DNA of 59,587 nucleotides, filler included, from Perkinsus olseni (taxonomy: Eukaryota): NCBI GenBank assembly GCA_013115125.1. It is 4 parts of 4 records of this genome, joined end to end, with 100 filler letters (N's around TTAATTAATTAA, not from the genome) between each part and the next. Parts side by side here need not be neighbours in the genome. Positions count along the whole stretch, not along the records: positions 1 to 14,857 come from JABANN010000720.1; 3 more parts are not named here. One strand, 5' to 3'. The stretch's first letter is position 1; each line of letters starts with the position of its first letter. This document shows positions 1 through 14,957 of the stretch, in pieces. Made by a program: the position numbers and the translations under genes. The notes below the pieces were generated by a model that saw only the letters and a program-made list of their open reading frames with translations, was not told the DNA's origin and made no database searches.

Positions 1-165
1 TCTCGAGCTTACATTGACCTGTCACTGCTCGGATGGCAGCTTGACTGTCACTGTAGATAACCGCCTGCCTCAATCTGCTCATTCATTTGAACTTAATCGA
101 ATGATATGGTTATTGGTTCAGCCAGAGTGATTCCAGTTGAAGTCCATGGATCTCAGTGTGCTCGC
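1..165 (-). pseudogene. Decayed RNase H fragment of a non-LTR retrotransposon
   Basis: Minus-strand translation TEIHGLQLESLWLNQ*...*MSRLRQAVIYSDSQAAIRAVTGQCKLE resembles the RNase H E and IYSDSQAA motifs. It has in-frame stops and runs off the window edge. Confidence 0.5.
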
Positions 166-1599
166 GTGATAATATGTGTGTTGATAATATGATGGGACGC
201 CGTCTCTTCGGCATGGTTCACTCGATAGTGCCAAGGGTCCATCGTACTGAACACAGAAGTTTAACGACTGCTCGGACGGCGAGTACTGAGAATAATTGAC
301 GCGACAGGTTTAGTGCCCGACGGGGGGAAGACGAGGACGACAGGTGGGGTCATTTTCATATGACCTCCACCAAACTTTCAGTAACCACTTAGTGGCATCC
401 TTTAGTGAGTCCCACATGGGTGTATCTCATCTCATCAAGTATAATTACATCCAGCGGGCAGTTCAGGTGTAGTTCTGAAGGTCGGAAGATGAGATTTGCT
501 GTGTACCAGGTTTGCAAGCGATTACCCGCTGTAGTCGCCATGACCTATCCTTCGCCGTATCTTGCGCTGCTTGATCGATTATAGCTGAAGGTTACAGCTT
601 ATAGCCGACGGCGTTCCTATTGTTATCTCTGTGTTGCTGCTAACTGTGATAGTTACATCATGTCAACTGTGTGTAGTGTTCAGTCAAGGGGGAGTCAGAG
701 AGGCGAGGAGAATGGAGGCCAACAGCAGGTCATAATATTCCTGCCGCTTTCATGCTACATCAATTAGAACGTTGGGATTGGTCCCCTAAGCCAACACGTC
801 AGGCGTTGTCGTTTCTGAACTTCAGAGAACTTCAGGAGTCTGGAGGTGCATTTCCTAGCGACCCTTTTACCGACCCCAGGACTAGTATACGCAGGATTGT
901 CCGAAAGCGTCGCACTGTAACGTTTAGTGTGAGCATTAATGTTCGTAATTCTACTGTGCTGTTGTCAGGGACAGATTGTGTGCTACCCGGATTCATTGTG
1001 TTTATCTGTCTAAGATATTTAAGCTCCGAGCTGTGCTACTCGATCATATCCATTGTACATTCTTCTGATATACTTCATCAAGAAACTCATAAGCGACTTG
1101 AGTTGATCATCAAGACCCACGCTACAGTACACATACACCAACTCTGCTAGGGTAGAAAGAGATTCCTCAGACACAGCCGGATGTCGGTTAAAGATACGTA
1201 AAGATTCATAGTGTCCTCGGTGCTTCACGAAGGCCGCATTTTTCACCGTGTGAAAGCGGGCCATAACTTCTGCTGTGAACGTGACGTGCCTAATTCTGTC
1301 CCAGAAGGAGATGAGTGACGCTCACTCACCGCCGATGAGCCCGTACTAACGCGATGCACTACAGGGCATAGTAGCTACAGAAGAGACCAATTTATCATCG
1401 AAAAATCTGTTTCCACCAACAAAAGAACCAATTTCATCGACGGCATTCGAAGCGATACCGTCGATGCGTAATGTGACTATAACAGGATCTTCTCATCATG
1501 CTGCTATCTCGATCTTTCGGATATTATGATATCGGGCAGACTTGATGATTTCATTCTCAGCAGAACCTGTTTGACCCCGAACAACACCAGTACAGCTGC

Positions 1600-3109
1600 T
1601 CACGAGAATCCTGAGTGACAGATTTTTCGACATGTCATGTTGCATACAAAAATGAGCTCGATGTGGCATCGCTCTTCGTTTAAAATCTCACGACCGTCTA
1701 TTGACACTGTGCGAACGGTGCGCTGAACTACCAAGAGCGAATCCGCGCCAGCTGCAACAGTTGGACGCAATCCCCCCAGGCTGTTACCATCACGTGGGTA
1801 GGCTGTCCATTTGGGTTCGTTGGTGAACAGTCTCACCGCCTGCAGGCAGCCATCTTCTTCCGAAACACAGAATCTATGCCAAATTCCCGGGGGAAGAATC
1901 TACACCGGTTTGGATGAGGACGGGACAGCAAGCGATGAGGCTACGATGAGAGCGCCGGTGCCGATCCTGATCCTGATCCACTTATCCTCGGGATCGCGGA
2001 TATCAAAATATCTGATTAATGACACGTCCGGCAGTACTACCACTACAGCAAATAACAATCAGCCTTGCGGCGGAGAGACATTCAAGGTGGTGAAAAGCGC
2101 TCCCTTATCGTCAAACGAACTGGTACTGCTAATTCCACAGCGAAAATCCGGTTCCTTCCTCTAATGCAGTACTTAAAAAACCACTACTACTATCACCATT
2201 CAGGCAGTCACTAGGCGCTCATATCCATCAGGGGACGTGCTCGAGTTTGTGACAACGCGCTCTATTCAGAGCGGTCGTCCGAGCGTGTTTCCATACATCA
2301 CCACGATCCTCAGAATCTTCCTTGACAAACTTCAACCACTACTACTACCCAATCCCGTTGGTTATAAGGCGGATTTCCTCATCGACATGCAAGTGCTCGG
2401 TGAAGAACTTGACTTTAGTGTCATCAGATAGGTTTGAGCAGTCTACGGTATCATGAGCTTGATATCTAGGGAGAAACGCCTCGACGATTAGGCCTATCAC
2501 AGCTGGTCACCCTCTGTTCTTTCGGATTTGTTTTAGGTTGGCTTCTTCGTCCCAGGCCTTCGGTTGGTTCACTTCTGCGGCGAGGACCTACAGTATGCTT
2601 ATTCAGAATGAATGGGAATTTTCGACTATAACCCCAAAGTTGGCCAACTGTTTCTGAGATACTTTCTCATCAGTCATGTGGGGACGAGCAGGATTTTGCT
2701 TCACGATTTCTGAGAACAGCCTAGTCGAAAAAATCGAACTCATCAGACATCCGAGTCACCATCATCATCAGGAAGATACCACGCTGTTAGATTGGCCACG
2801 TCCAGAGAGAATGCCATGCGGAAGGGACAAAGCACAACAAAGACAACAATACAGTGGACCTCGGAGACCGGGACGATTGACCTCTCCAGGATTCCCATAG
2901 CTTCACTGGATTAATGTGTGTAGGGCGTATGCTTTAAAAGGGCCCATCCGGGATGGTTCTTACAACAGCGAACTCTCGCTGTTGCTGGAGAGTATTCCAG
3001 AAACTAACTCGATAACCGGATCTAAATCAGCTTGTATCGAGGTCCAGATAGTTCCTTGCTTCGAGGGAGTTACGACATCTAAAGGGCAGCGGCAATCGAA
3101 AGCTCTCAT
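1600..3109 (-). CDS. ADI1: Acireductone dioxygenase (ARD, methionine salvage), multi-exon; both ends approximate
   Basis: Spliced exons read NLKQIRKNRG|YQAHDTVDCSNLSDDTKVKFFTEHLHVDEEIRLITNGIG|YFDIRDPEDKWIRI...ILPPGIWHRFCVSEEDGCLQAVRLFTNEPKWTAYPRD, containing the ARD EHxHxDEE..H cupin metal site. Confidence 0.9.
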
Positions 3110-3256
3110 CTTTAAGCGAACGACGGTGTATTTGCTTGAAAACCGCACCCCCTTCACTTGATCGATGCGACTCCAAAAACCGTTCCCCGCTTCTCAACGG
3201 TCGAAATAGCTCACTGCTCAGGCGGTCTTGATGGAGTGCACAAGGATTCGACTTGA

Positions 3257-7061
<3,805 letters not shown>

Positions 7062-7243
7062 TTGTCTCTGCGAGTTGGTTGCTGCTGTGTTGGTAGCATA
7101 AAATTATATACTCCTCCCGCTACTACACGAACGGGCGTGTCTAGCTGAGACTTTTCTGATGGGATTTTTGTAAAATATTAGCGTTTTTTGAAGAGGTATG
7201 TGAGAGACTGTTGCAGTTCCATTTCGAATCTCTTCCGATTTGG

Positions 7244-10200
7244 ATGAGTTCACCACAGGAAGGGTCAACGGCGCCCGATGCCGCCGCCGCTCCTGCTGGC
7301 GGTGAGGGCCAGAAGCCTGAAGTTGATGCTGTGGAGAGGAAGAAGAGACAACTGGAAAACTTGGGTAGTGAGGAGTTGGGGATGTTGTGGTATGAAATAT
7401 AGGTGTGGCCAAGAGTTGTGAATGAGTTTGTTTGTCAAATAGAGGTGCCAAGAGTTGTGAATGTTTTGGTATGGAATTTGGCCATAGCGCACCCTTAAAG
7501 TCTCTGGAATATCGGACAGAGAGGGAGTATATCCTCATAACCATTCTCAGGTCGTTCTGGTGGTGTATACATACCTCCCTTCAAACTAGCTAGGATGCAG
7601 GCGGAAGCCGCTAAAGAAGCTAAGCAACCTTTCGGTGAGGACGGGCTTGTCTTGGCAGTCTTTTTGTTATTGATGTCCAGGTCCGGAGGTTCAACGTCAG
7701 GAATGGGAGGCGTTGAGGAAGTCTATTAACGGGCTGGTTAATAAAGTCTCTGTTGGGAATATTAAGGATATCGTCAGAGGAGAGCTCTTCACGTTGAACC
7801 TACTGAGAGGGAAGGGCCTGTTCGCTAGAGCGGTCCTGAGAGCTCAGATGGTAATGAGGGCGTGCGGGTTGAGGTTATTAGGAGAAGTTGGATATATTGT
7901 CGGAAAGATATACGCCGGAGTTTCTTTGCCATGTGAGAGATGGTAACGGGGTGAATGTTTGACGCGAAGGGGTGGATGTGTTTACCTTTGAGTCTTGATG
8001 AGAGTTGAGATGTTACGAATTGGTGAATTTATGGTAGGGAGAGAGTTTGCCTCGTTCATTCTCTGGTTATCTTACTGCGTATCTTAGCTTGATCCTTGCG
8101 CTTCTCACGTCGATTGAAACCTGCAATTGATGTGGTGTTGATGGATCTCACTACCATCCCTTCTGGCATGAGCACTCGGACTTTCTGGCTGTCAATACGG
8201 CCCTAAGTCTTATCGATAGTCCGTACGCTGAAAACCCTTCTTCTCCATTCTTTAGGCCTCCCCGGGGTTCACCCACGTCTATGCGGCGTTGGTGGCTGTG
8301 GTGAATTCCCGACTGCCTGAAGTTGGCGAACTCATCGCCGATCGAACTGCTCTGATGTTCCGGTATGTCTGAAGGGCTTATGTTTTTATTCTTATCAAAT
8401 CAACTCCTCTGATCGTCGTTTGAATTCTCATGGCGATATTTTCGTGCGGAAGTGTCGTCGTTCTTCGGCTTCTTTCGCCCAATAGGTGGTTCGTTCTGAC
8501 GTGTGCCGAGCGATGATCGTTCGTTTGGTTTGAGATATTTTCGTGTCTGTTGTTCATGTTGTTTTTCCTTCTCTCTCAGTCGTGCTTATGCGAGAAATGA
8601 TAAGATCGTTCTCACGGCGGCCTGCAAGATGCTAGCTCATCTCATGAACCAGAAAGTCATCTCTGAGTAAGATGTCCTTGATTTTTGTAACCTCCTTTCC
8701 TTGTTTCTAATTTTGAGGGGGAATCATAACGAGTCGTATCGGGCGTTTGTTGGATATTCGGTCTTTACCGTAGTGGAATACGCGAGGTTTCTGAGCTCGG
8801 GTTGAGTGAGGAAAGATAGGTTTTGAGAAGTCCACGGCGGGACTGTTGATGCTGTTGTTTGACAGCCTATGATGTTCTGTCAGTCGACCTTTTCACAGAA
8901 TTTCGGAAAGGAAATTTCCAGCTTCTGCGCGCGGGAATTTTCGCAGATGGTTTAATATATTAAGATGAGGAGTTCTCCTGGGGAGGCCTTACTCTTTGAC
9001 CTTACTGGTGGCTCGAATTGTGTGCTCGACAGTCGGTTTCATAATTCTCCTGGATCGATCTCTGCATGCCATTCTGAAGGGAGTGAGCACATGGATGTAA
9101 CTTAGTCGGTTTTGGTGTTGAACTATGGAGTTTTACTGGCGATTTAAGGAATTTTGGTGAGAACTTCTTTCACACCGCGAAATTCACATTCGGAAGGTGA
9201 AAAATGCGTGAAGGGCGAAGCGAGTATTACTCGTCAATACTATCACGTGGCTGCCACGGATCTGAAAGATCTTGTTTGATTTCAACGGATCGTGTTTCTG
9301 GCGCAGTAATAGGATTTATATAGTGGTGTCTCTATTACTATTGGTCGCTTCGCTTCTACTTCTTCTTACGAAGAAGTATGACTCTACTTCGTGATTCGGT
9401 GCGCCCATCCATGAGATGTACTTTCATGGTTGAAATTCACTTCTGTGCTGCCTCCCCATCCGTTATTTGTTGTCCCTCGACAGGTTCACGATCATGAGAG
9501 TGTGTCTGTTGTTCTTGGAGGAGTTGACGACTGACAGCGTGGAGGTGTGCTGCCAGCTGCTGACGGAATGCGGCCAAGTGTTGCAAGAGCTGAATAAGAA
9601 GGCTATGATGATTCTCACCTCGAGATTGAGGAAGATACTTCATGAAGGTAGTGCGGCTCGGGTGAAAATTTTGAAGACGAGTCCCACGGGTTAAGGAGCG
9701 CAACATGTTGTAGGAGGGCTTCCTTCGACTTTTGAGGCCTTCTTGCACGGGCAGGCTGGTCGGAACCTGTAGTCTGAATACGGCGATTGTTGTTGCCTTG
9801 AGTTTGGGCGATGCATGGGAGTGTTGTGTTTGTTCAGGCCAGCTGGACAACAAGCGAGTCCAATACGCTATCGAAAACTTCTTCTCTATTCTGAGACAGA
9901 ACTTCGCGCCGGATCATATTGGGGTGGTACCGGAGCTGGAGTTGATTGATGAGGAAGATCAGTAAGAGTTGGGGAAGTTATGGTATCGGATCTGCAAGCG
10001 TATCTTTGGTTGATGCTAGGTATACGCATGATGTTGCTATCAGAGATGGGCAGATTGATGGTGAAAATATTCTGAATATCTTCCGTGCTGAGGCACCCGA
10101 GCAGTAGGTCGACCAATTTTGTCATTCATGCGTGTAGCGTATCTTTGTGGAGGTACAAGCAGGAAGAGGGTGAGTGGAGGGCCTTCAGTAAGTCGTTGTT

Positions 10201-13200
10201 GGAAGGGGAGAGCAGCGAGTCGGAAGAGGAGAGTGATGGTGGTAGGCAGTTGCGGTGGGGGTGTCGAGATTGTGAGTTGGCGGATATGTGGTATTCTGAA
10301 TTGTATTTTTCGTATAACGGTCGGTAGGTGTCGAGGTTGCGAGTTGACAAAGGTGTGGTATTGTAAAGTGCGTGCCATTTTGATAGGCTAATCGCGAAAA
10401 ATCTATGGAACGTGCTGACTGCGTGAAATATCGTAGCGTCACGTGAGGGCTACGGACTACTCTCTCAACTGAGTGACTCATCGAAGCATACGGTGAAGTC
10501 GCTGGTGAGAGACCGAGAACTTGGCAGGATTTTTCGCTCTGAAATTTTTTTATTTTTTGAACGTGAGGAAATTTTGAGAGCTCCAACTGTGGGTTCGAGC
10601 TCGGGTAGGAGTTGGGAGAATTATGGTATTGGTAGTGACTGCGCGTGAATGAGTATATGGCTTCGGGGGCTTCGGCGGCGTGAATGATGGTGATGTTCAG
10701 AATCATCGTCATCCTCATCGTCCGAGGACAGCGAAGCGGAGGAAGAGGAAGAAGAGGGGGAAGGAGGGGAGCAGCCGAAGGCCACCCAGGAGATTGTTGA
10801 TTATACTGAACAGGCTACTGTGGATCTGCGTCGAACAGGTAAGGAGGGTATCCAAGGTTGAAGCTAGGCTTGCGCAGAATCTTGAGAAGGGGTACCTCTT
10901 GAATTGCCGCGTTAACTCGTTGTTATTCCCGCGCGCCACGAAATTATTTCCTGAAAGTTGTTATTCCCGCGCGCCACGAAATTATTTCCTGAAAGTTGTT
11001 ATTCCCGCGCGCCATGAAATTATTTCTTGATTTTTCAGTGTATCTCTGTATCATGTCGTCTGTGAATTTCGAGGAGTGCGTGCACAAGATTCTCAGCCTC
11101 AATATCCGGGAAGGTCAAGAAAAGGAGGTAAGATACGTTTCTAGCGGAGCGAAGCGAATTTTGTTTCACATTTTTGTTAGATATGTACCATGCTGATCGA
11201 TTGTTGTGCGATGGAAAGAACGTTCAATAGCTTCTATGCGCTTCAGGTGGGTCGAGGGGAACGCTGAGTAGCAGCGGAGAGGAATAGAAGTTCTCTGATG
11301 GTGGTTGCTGTCAGCTGTCATCTTCTATTCGGCAACTTGCTGAGGCAGCTTGATGATATATTCTTTGTATCATTTCCACTACTGTGTCATGAGTGAAGTG
11401 AACTGAGGGGGAGGGGGCGCTGGAGACGAAGAAAAATTCGGAGAATTTTTGCGATTTTTTCTCGTTTCTGACAACTAGAATGGGTGAATTTTGCCCTGGA
11501 AAAATCTTTGGAGTGCGCGCAGGATACTCGCTTGGTTATCTCCCTCCGTTTGCTGTTTGTTCAGGCTGAGCGACTGTGTCGTCTGGTGGAAGTCTATCGG
11601 CAGAATTTTGAGGCCAATTTCCTTGACCAGTACGAGACTTGTCACAGAATGGAGACAAATAAGATTCGAAATGTGGCCAAGTTCTACGGTCATCTTTTAG
11701 CGAGTGACGCTATCAGTTGGGAGGTGGGAAGGCGGAGCGAAGTTTTTTGGAAGGCGGAGCGAAGTTTTTTAATAGCTTTTGTTGTAGGTGTTGAAGTGCA
11801 TTCAACTGACGGAGGAGACGACGACGTCGGCTACACGTATCTTTATTAAGAATCTCTTCCAATATTTGAGCGAGGTGAGGTTGGGGGTGATGATAATGGA
11901 ATCTTACCTTCCGCGGTGGTGCATCGTGACCTTGTGTGTATCTTGCAAGGATCAACCTTGGATACGTTACTTGCACTTGAGAAGCGAATTGGTCGTGTGA
12001 AACAGGACGCAAGATTCCTATGAAAAGTCATTTTCTATTTTCTCATGTGTTCGTGCGTGCCACTATCATCACAAGTATTGCAAGGTTCCAAGTTTTTCTG
12101 TTCTTGGCAGGTCTGGGGCCTGCGTAAGCTCTACCACCGTCTCAATGACTCCAACTATGAAGAAGCCTTGGGGGGTGTCTTACCGAAGGATACGACGCAT
12201 CATATGAGGTCGGCTGTCCAACCTGTTCTGTATCTGCCTATGGTCAACCTTAGATTCGCCATCAACTTCTTCTCGGCTATTGGTCTGGGAGCGTTGACGA
12301 AGAAGCATCGGCAACTTCTACAGGAGGTGGGTTGTGATTGTCCCCTTGGGAGACCTCAGCGTCGGGTGGGTAGGTCCAAGCGAGAGAGGCTGCTGAGCGC
12401 ACCGCGGCTGAGGTTGCTGATGGTGACACGTCCTCGTCTGAGGATGAGAGCAGCAGTGATGATGATAGTAAGTTGTGGTGGCTGTTGCGTATCTTTTGTG
12501 GTTGCCCATGGTCAACCTAAGATTCTCGGAAGTGTTTTTTGTTACGAGTTACGTAGTTACGAGGGCTTTCCTGGAGCTCTCGTATTATAATAAGATGTTA
12601 CCCGATATACGGATAATGTTGCAAAATTTTCTTTTCTTACTTGGGCGAATTTAAGAGCAGCGAGTGACGTCCCGAAAACCGCGATTCACCCTGATCACTC
12701 ATAGATGGGACAGTTCCCTTGCGGAATGGCGTTCTCTCGTTTCTAATTTTGTTAGCATTCTCCTGACGCTCTTGGGGAGGTGAGTTTACCTGCTATCAGA
12801 GCGCGATCTGACTACGGGTCGCGTGCACTTGAATTTGGTGATATTGGTTTAGTCAGAGTTCATTAGACAACTTTTTTCGACCGGGCTGTAACCTATTCTT
12901 CCTCCCCTGGCAGGCTCATCATCGTCTTCGGAGTCTGATTTTAGCAGTAGTGGTGATAGCGAGAGCGAATCTTCGGAGGGGGAGGGGCGGTCCCCGAGCA
13001 GACGACGGTCTTCTACTAGGCGGCAGACGAGAGTGAAAAGTGAGGAGAGGAGCCCGAGGAGGGGATCTAGGCGTCGGGAGAGTGTGAGAGAAAGTTCTGG
13101 CGTGATCCCGAGGAGGGGTGGAAGAAGTCCGAGCCCGGTTGCGAGGAAGGATAGGAGTCCGAGCCGGGGTCATCGGGATTCGGGGAGGAGGAATGACGGG

Positions 13201-14459
13201 AGGAGTCCTAGTGGAGAGCGTCGGGCCTCGAGGAGGGGAGGTGAGAGAAGAAGTCCTAGTCCGATCGGTAGAAGGGACAGAAGAAGTCCGAGCCGGGATG
13301 GTCGGGATTCGGGCAGGAAGGATGATAGAAGTCCTGGTCGGAAGGATAGGACAGTCGAGAGGAGGAGAAGTCCGAGTGGCAACCATCGTGGTCCGGGGAG
13401 TAGGGATGACAGGAGAAGTCCGGCCGTGGTCGGGGGAAGGGACAGAAGTGAAAGCCGAGAGCGTCGGCGAAGGGATGATAGGAGAAGTCCTAGTGGAGAC
13501 GGTAGGAGGGAGGACAGGAGAAGTCCGAGTCGAAACGGTCGTGGTTCGGGGAGAAGGGGTGACAGGAGGAGTCCCAGTCGGGAGGATCGTGTGCCGGCTG
13601 GTAGAGGAGACAGGAGAAGTCCGAGCAGGGATGATAATCGTGATTCGGGGGAAATGCGGTACGGCAAGAGTTTGAGTCGAGGGCATCGTGATAGTAAAAG
13701 CCCAAGCCCGGTGGGGAGGAGAGACGGCTCGAGGCCTCGTCGTTACAACGAGGGAAGAGGTGACAGGAGAAGTCCGGGTCGGCGTGAGAGAAGGGAGGGT
13801 AGAAGGTCCAGTCCGAGGGATCGTGATATGAGTAGGGGTGCGGCCGGGGGAATCTTTGATTCACGTGAAGTGAGAGTAGGATTCGTCACTCTTTAGTATT
13901 TAACTTGAATGATACACTGGTAAAATTGGAGGGTATCTTAGCTTGACTTTGGCTGAGGATAGATAAGCATATACGTAGGCTCCTCGGATGACAGTGGTAG
14001 TTCTGTCGGTCATGAGAATTTTCCACTGGGAGAACACAAGTTAATATCACACATCGCGAAACTCAGGTTTTTTGCAGGTTGAGAAGGCGTGAGAAAATAA
14101 AGTGTTTTTCACGCGCCGTGTAATTACTCCGCGCTGAAAATTGTGGTGAAGTTGCCTACGTTCAAGCCCACGTGACGCCAAGCGTTTCGACTTCCTTTCT
14201 CCGCGACTGCGCGATCTTTGCGTGACGAGAAAACGACACTCCCCGCGTGACGGGTGCATCTCCTGCACGCGTGGGGGTTCGTTGCTGATTTTCTGTTATA
14301 TGCAGTGATTAGCAGTTGATGTTGTTGTGAAGTGCCTCTCCGGGAGGCTCTCTGCTAGCACGCAAGTGGCATCGTGGGAGGTGGTGATATCAGCGGCTGC
14401 CCTCTGCAGGTCCTCCCCGTGCCCGCAGCATGTCGAGATCGAGCGATGAGTCGGCGTGA
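7244..14459 (+). CDS. CWC22: Pre-mRNA splicing factor CWC22 (MIF4G + MA3) with long RS-rich tail; last exon 14410-14459 inferred, otherwise stop at 13896
   Basis: RSGGVYIPPFKLARMQ, QRQEWEALRKSINGLVNKV, RAQM|ASPGFTHVYAALVAVVN, VYLCIMSSVNFEECVHKIL, HRMETNKIRNVAKFYGHLL, RFAINFFSAIGLGALT. Confidence 0.95.
10919..11030 (+). repeat. Intronic tandem repeat, 38-bp unit x ~3, abutting a CWC22 3' splice site
   Basis: GTTGTTATTCCCGCGCGCCACGAAATTATTTCCTGAAA at 10919 and 10957, and a slightly diverged copy at 10995. Confidence 0.95.
13040..13830 (+). repeat. Degenerate coding repeat encoding (D/E)RRSPS units of the CWC22 RS domain
   Basis: Recurrent GA(C/T)AG(G/A)AGAAGTCC motif roughly every 39 nt. Confidence 0.85.
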
Positions 14460-14637
14460 AGAAGATGGCTGGGATGAAGACGTATCGATATAGCGACTTT
14501 TCGGTTACACTGAACAATCAGGCGTTTTGTTATTTGGTTAGTGATGGGTGGAGAAAAAGGGGAGGAGCTCGGTCTACTGCGTGGGGGAGGCCTCGTGTTG
14601 TGGCTTCGAAGGGCCTTGTCGTCAGAGGTTCGTCAGT

Positions 14638-14857
14638 AGTATTTGGTGAGATCAAATTTATCCTTTCACGACTGTAGGTGGAAGATCTTGCGCCACGGCT
14701 ATTTGGCTCCGCAGTTTCTGGACAAGATATTGTTTAAGCCACTTTAGCTTAGTGGTAGAGCGTCTGCTTCGTAATCAAAAGGTGGTCAGTTCAATCCTGG
14801 CAAGTGGCTTAAGTATTTGGTGAGATCAAATTTATCCCTTCACGACTGTAGGTGGAA
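14638..14857 (+). repeat. 174-bp direct-repeat unit containing the tRNA-Thr gene, truncated by the contig end
   Basis: AGTATTTGGTGAGATCAAATTTATCC(T/C)TTCACGACTGTAGGTGGAA at 14638-14683 and 14812-14857 (45/46 identical). Confidence 0.85.
14738..14809 (+). tRNA. tRNA-Thr(CGT), anticodon stem with two mispairs (possible pseudogene)
   Basis: Acceptor GCCACTT/AAGTGGC, D arm GCTT-AGTGGTA-GAGC, anticodon loop TT-CGT-AA, T arm GTCAG-TTCAATC-CTGGC. The anticodon stem TCTGC/TCAAA is imperfect. Confidence 0.75.
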
Positions 14858-14957
14858 NNNNNNNNNNNNNNNNNNNNNNNNNNNNNNNNNNNNNNNNNNN
14901 NTTAATTAATTAANNNNNNNNNNNNNNNNNNNNNNNNNNNNNNNNNNNNNNNNNNNN
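14858..14957. other. Artificial contig linker (N44-TTAATTAATTAA-N44)
   Basis: 100-bp N block with a six-frame stop sequence, identical at three places in the window. Confidence 0.99.

Noticed and set aside
10919..11030. Direct repeats that might suggest a CRISPR array
   Set aside because: No unique spacers, head-to-tail units, eukaryotic intron, no cas genes.
12919..13864. Long overlapping ORFs in several frames (255, 185, 165, 124 aa)
   Set aside because: Shadows of the repetitive purine-rich RS-domain exon of CWC22.
14902..14913. TTAATTAATTAA palindrome and ORFs containing X runs
   Set aside because: Synthetic linker sequence, not biological.
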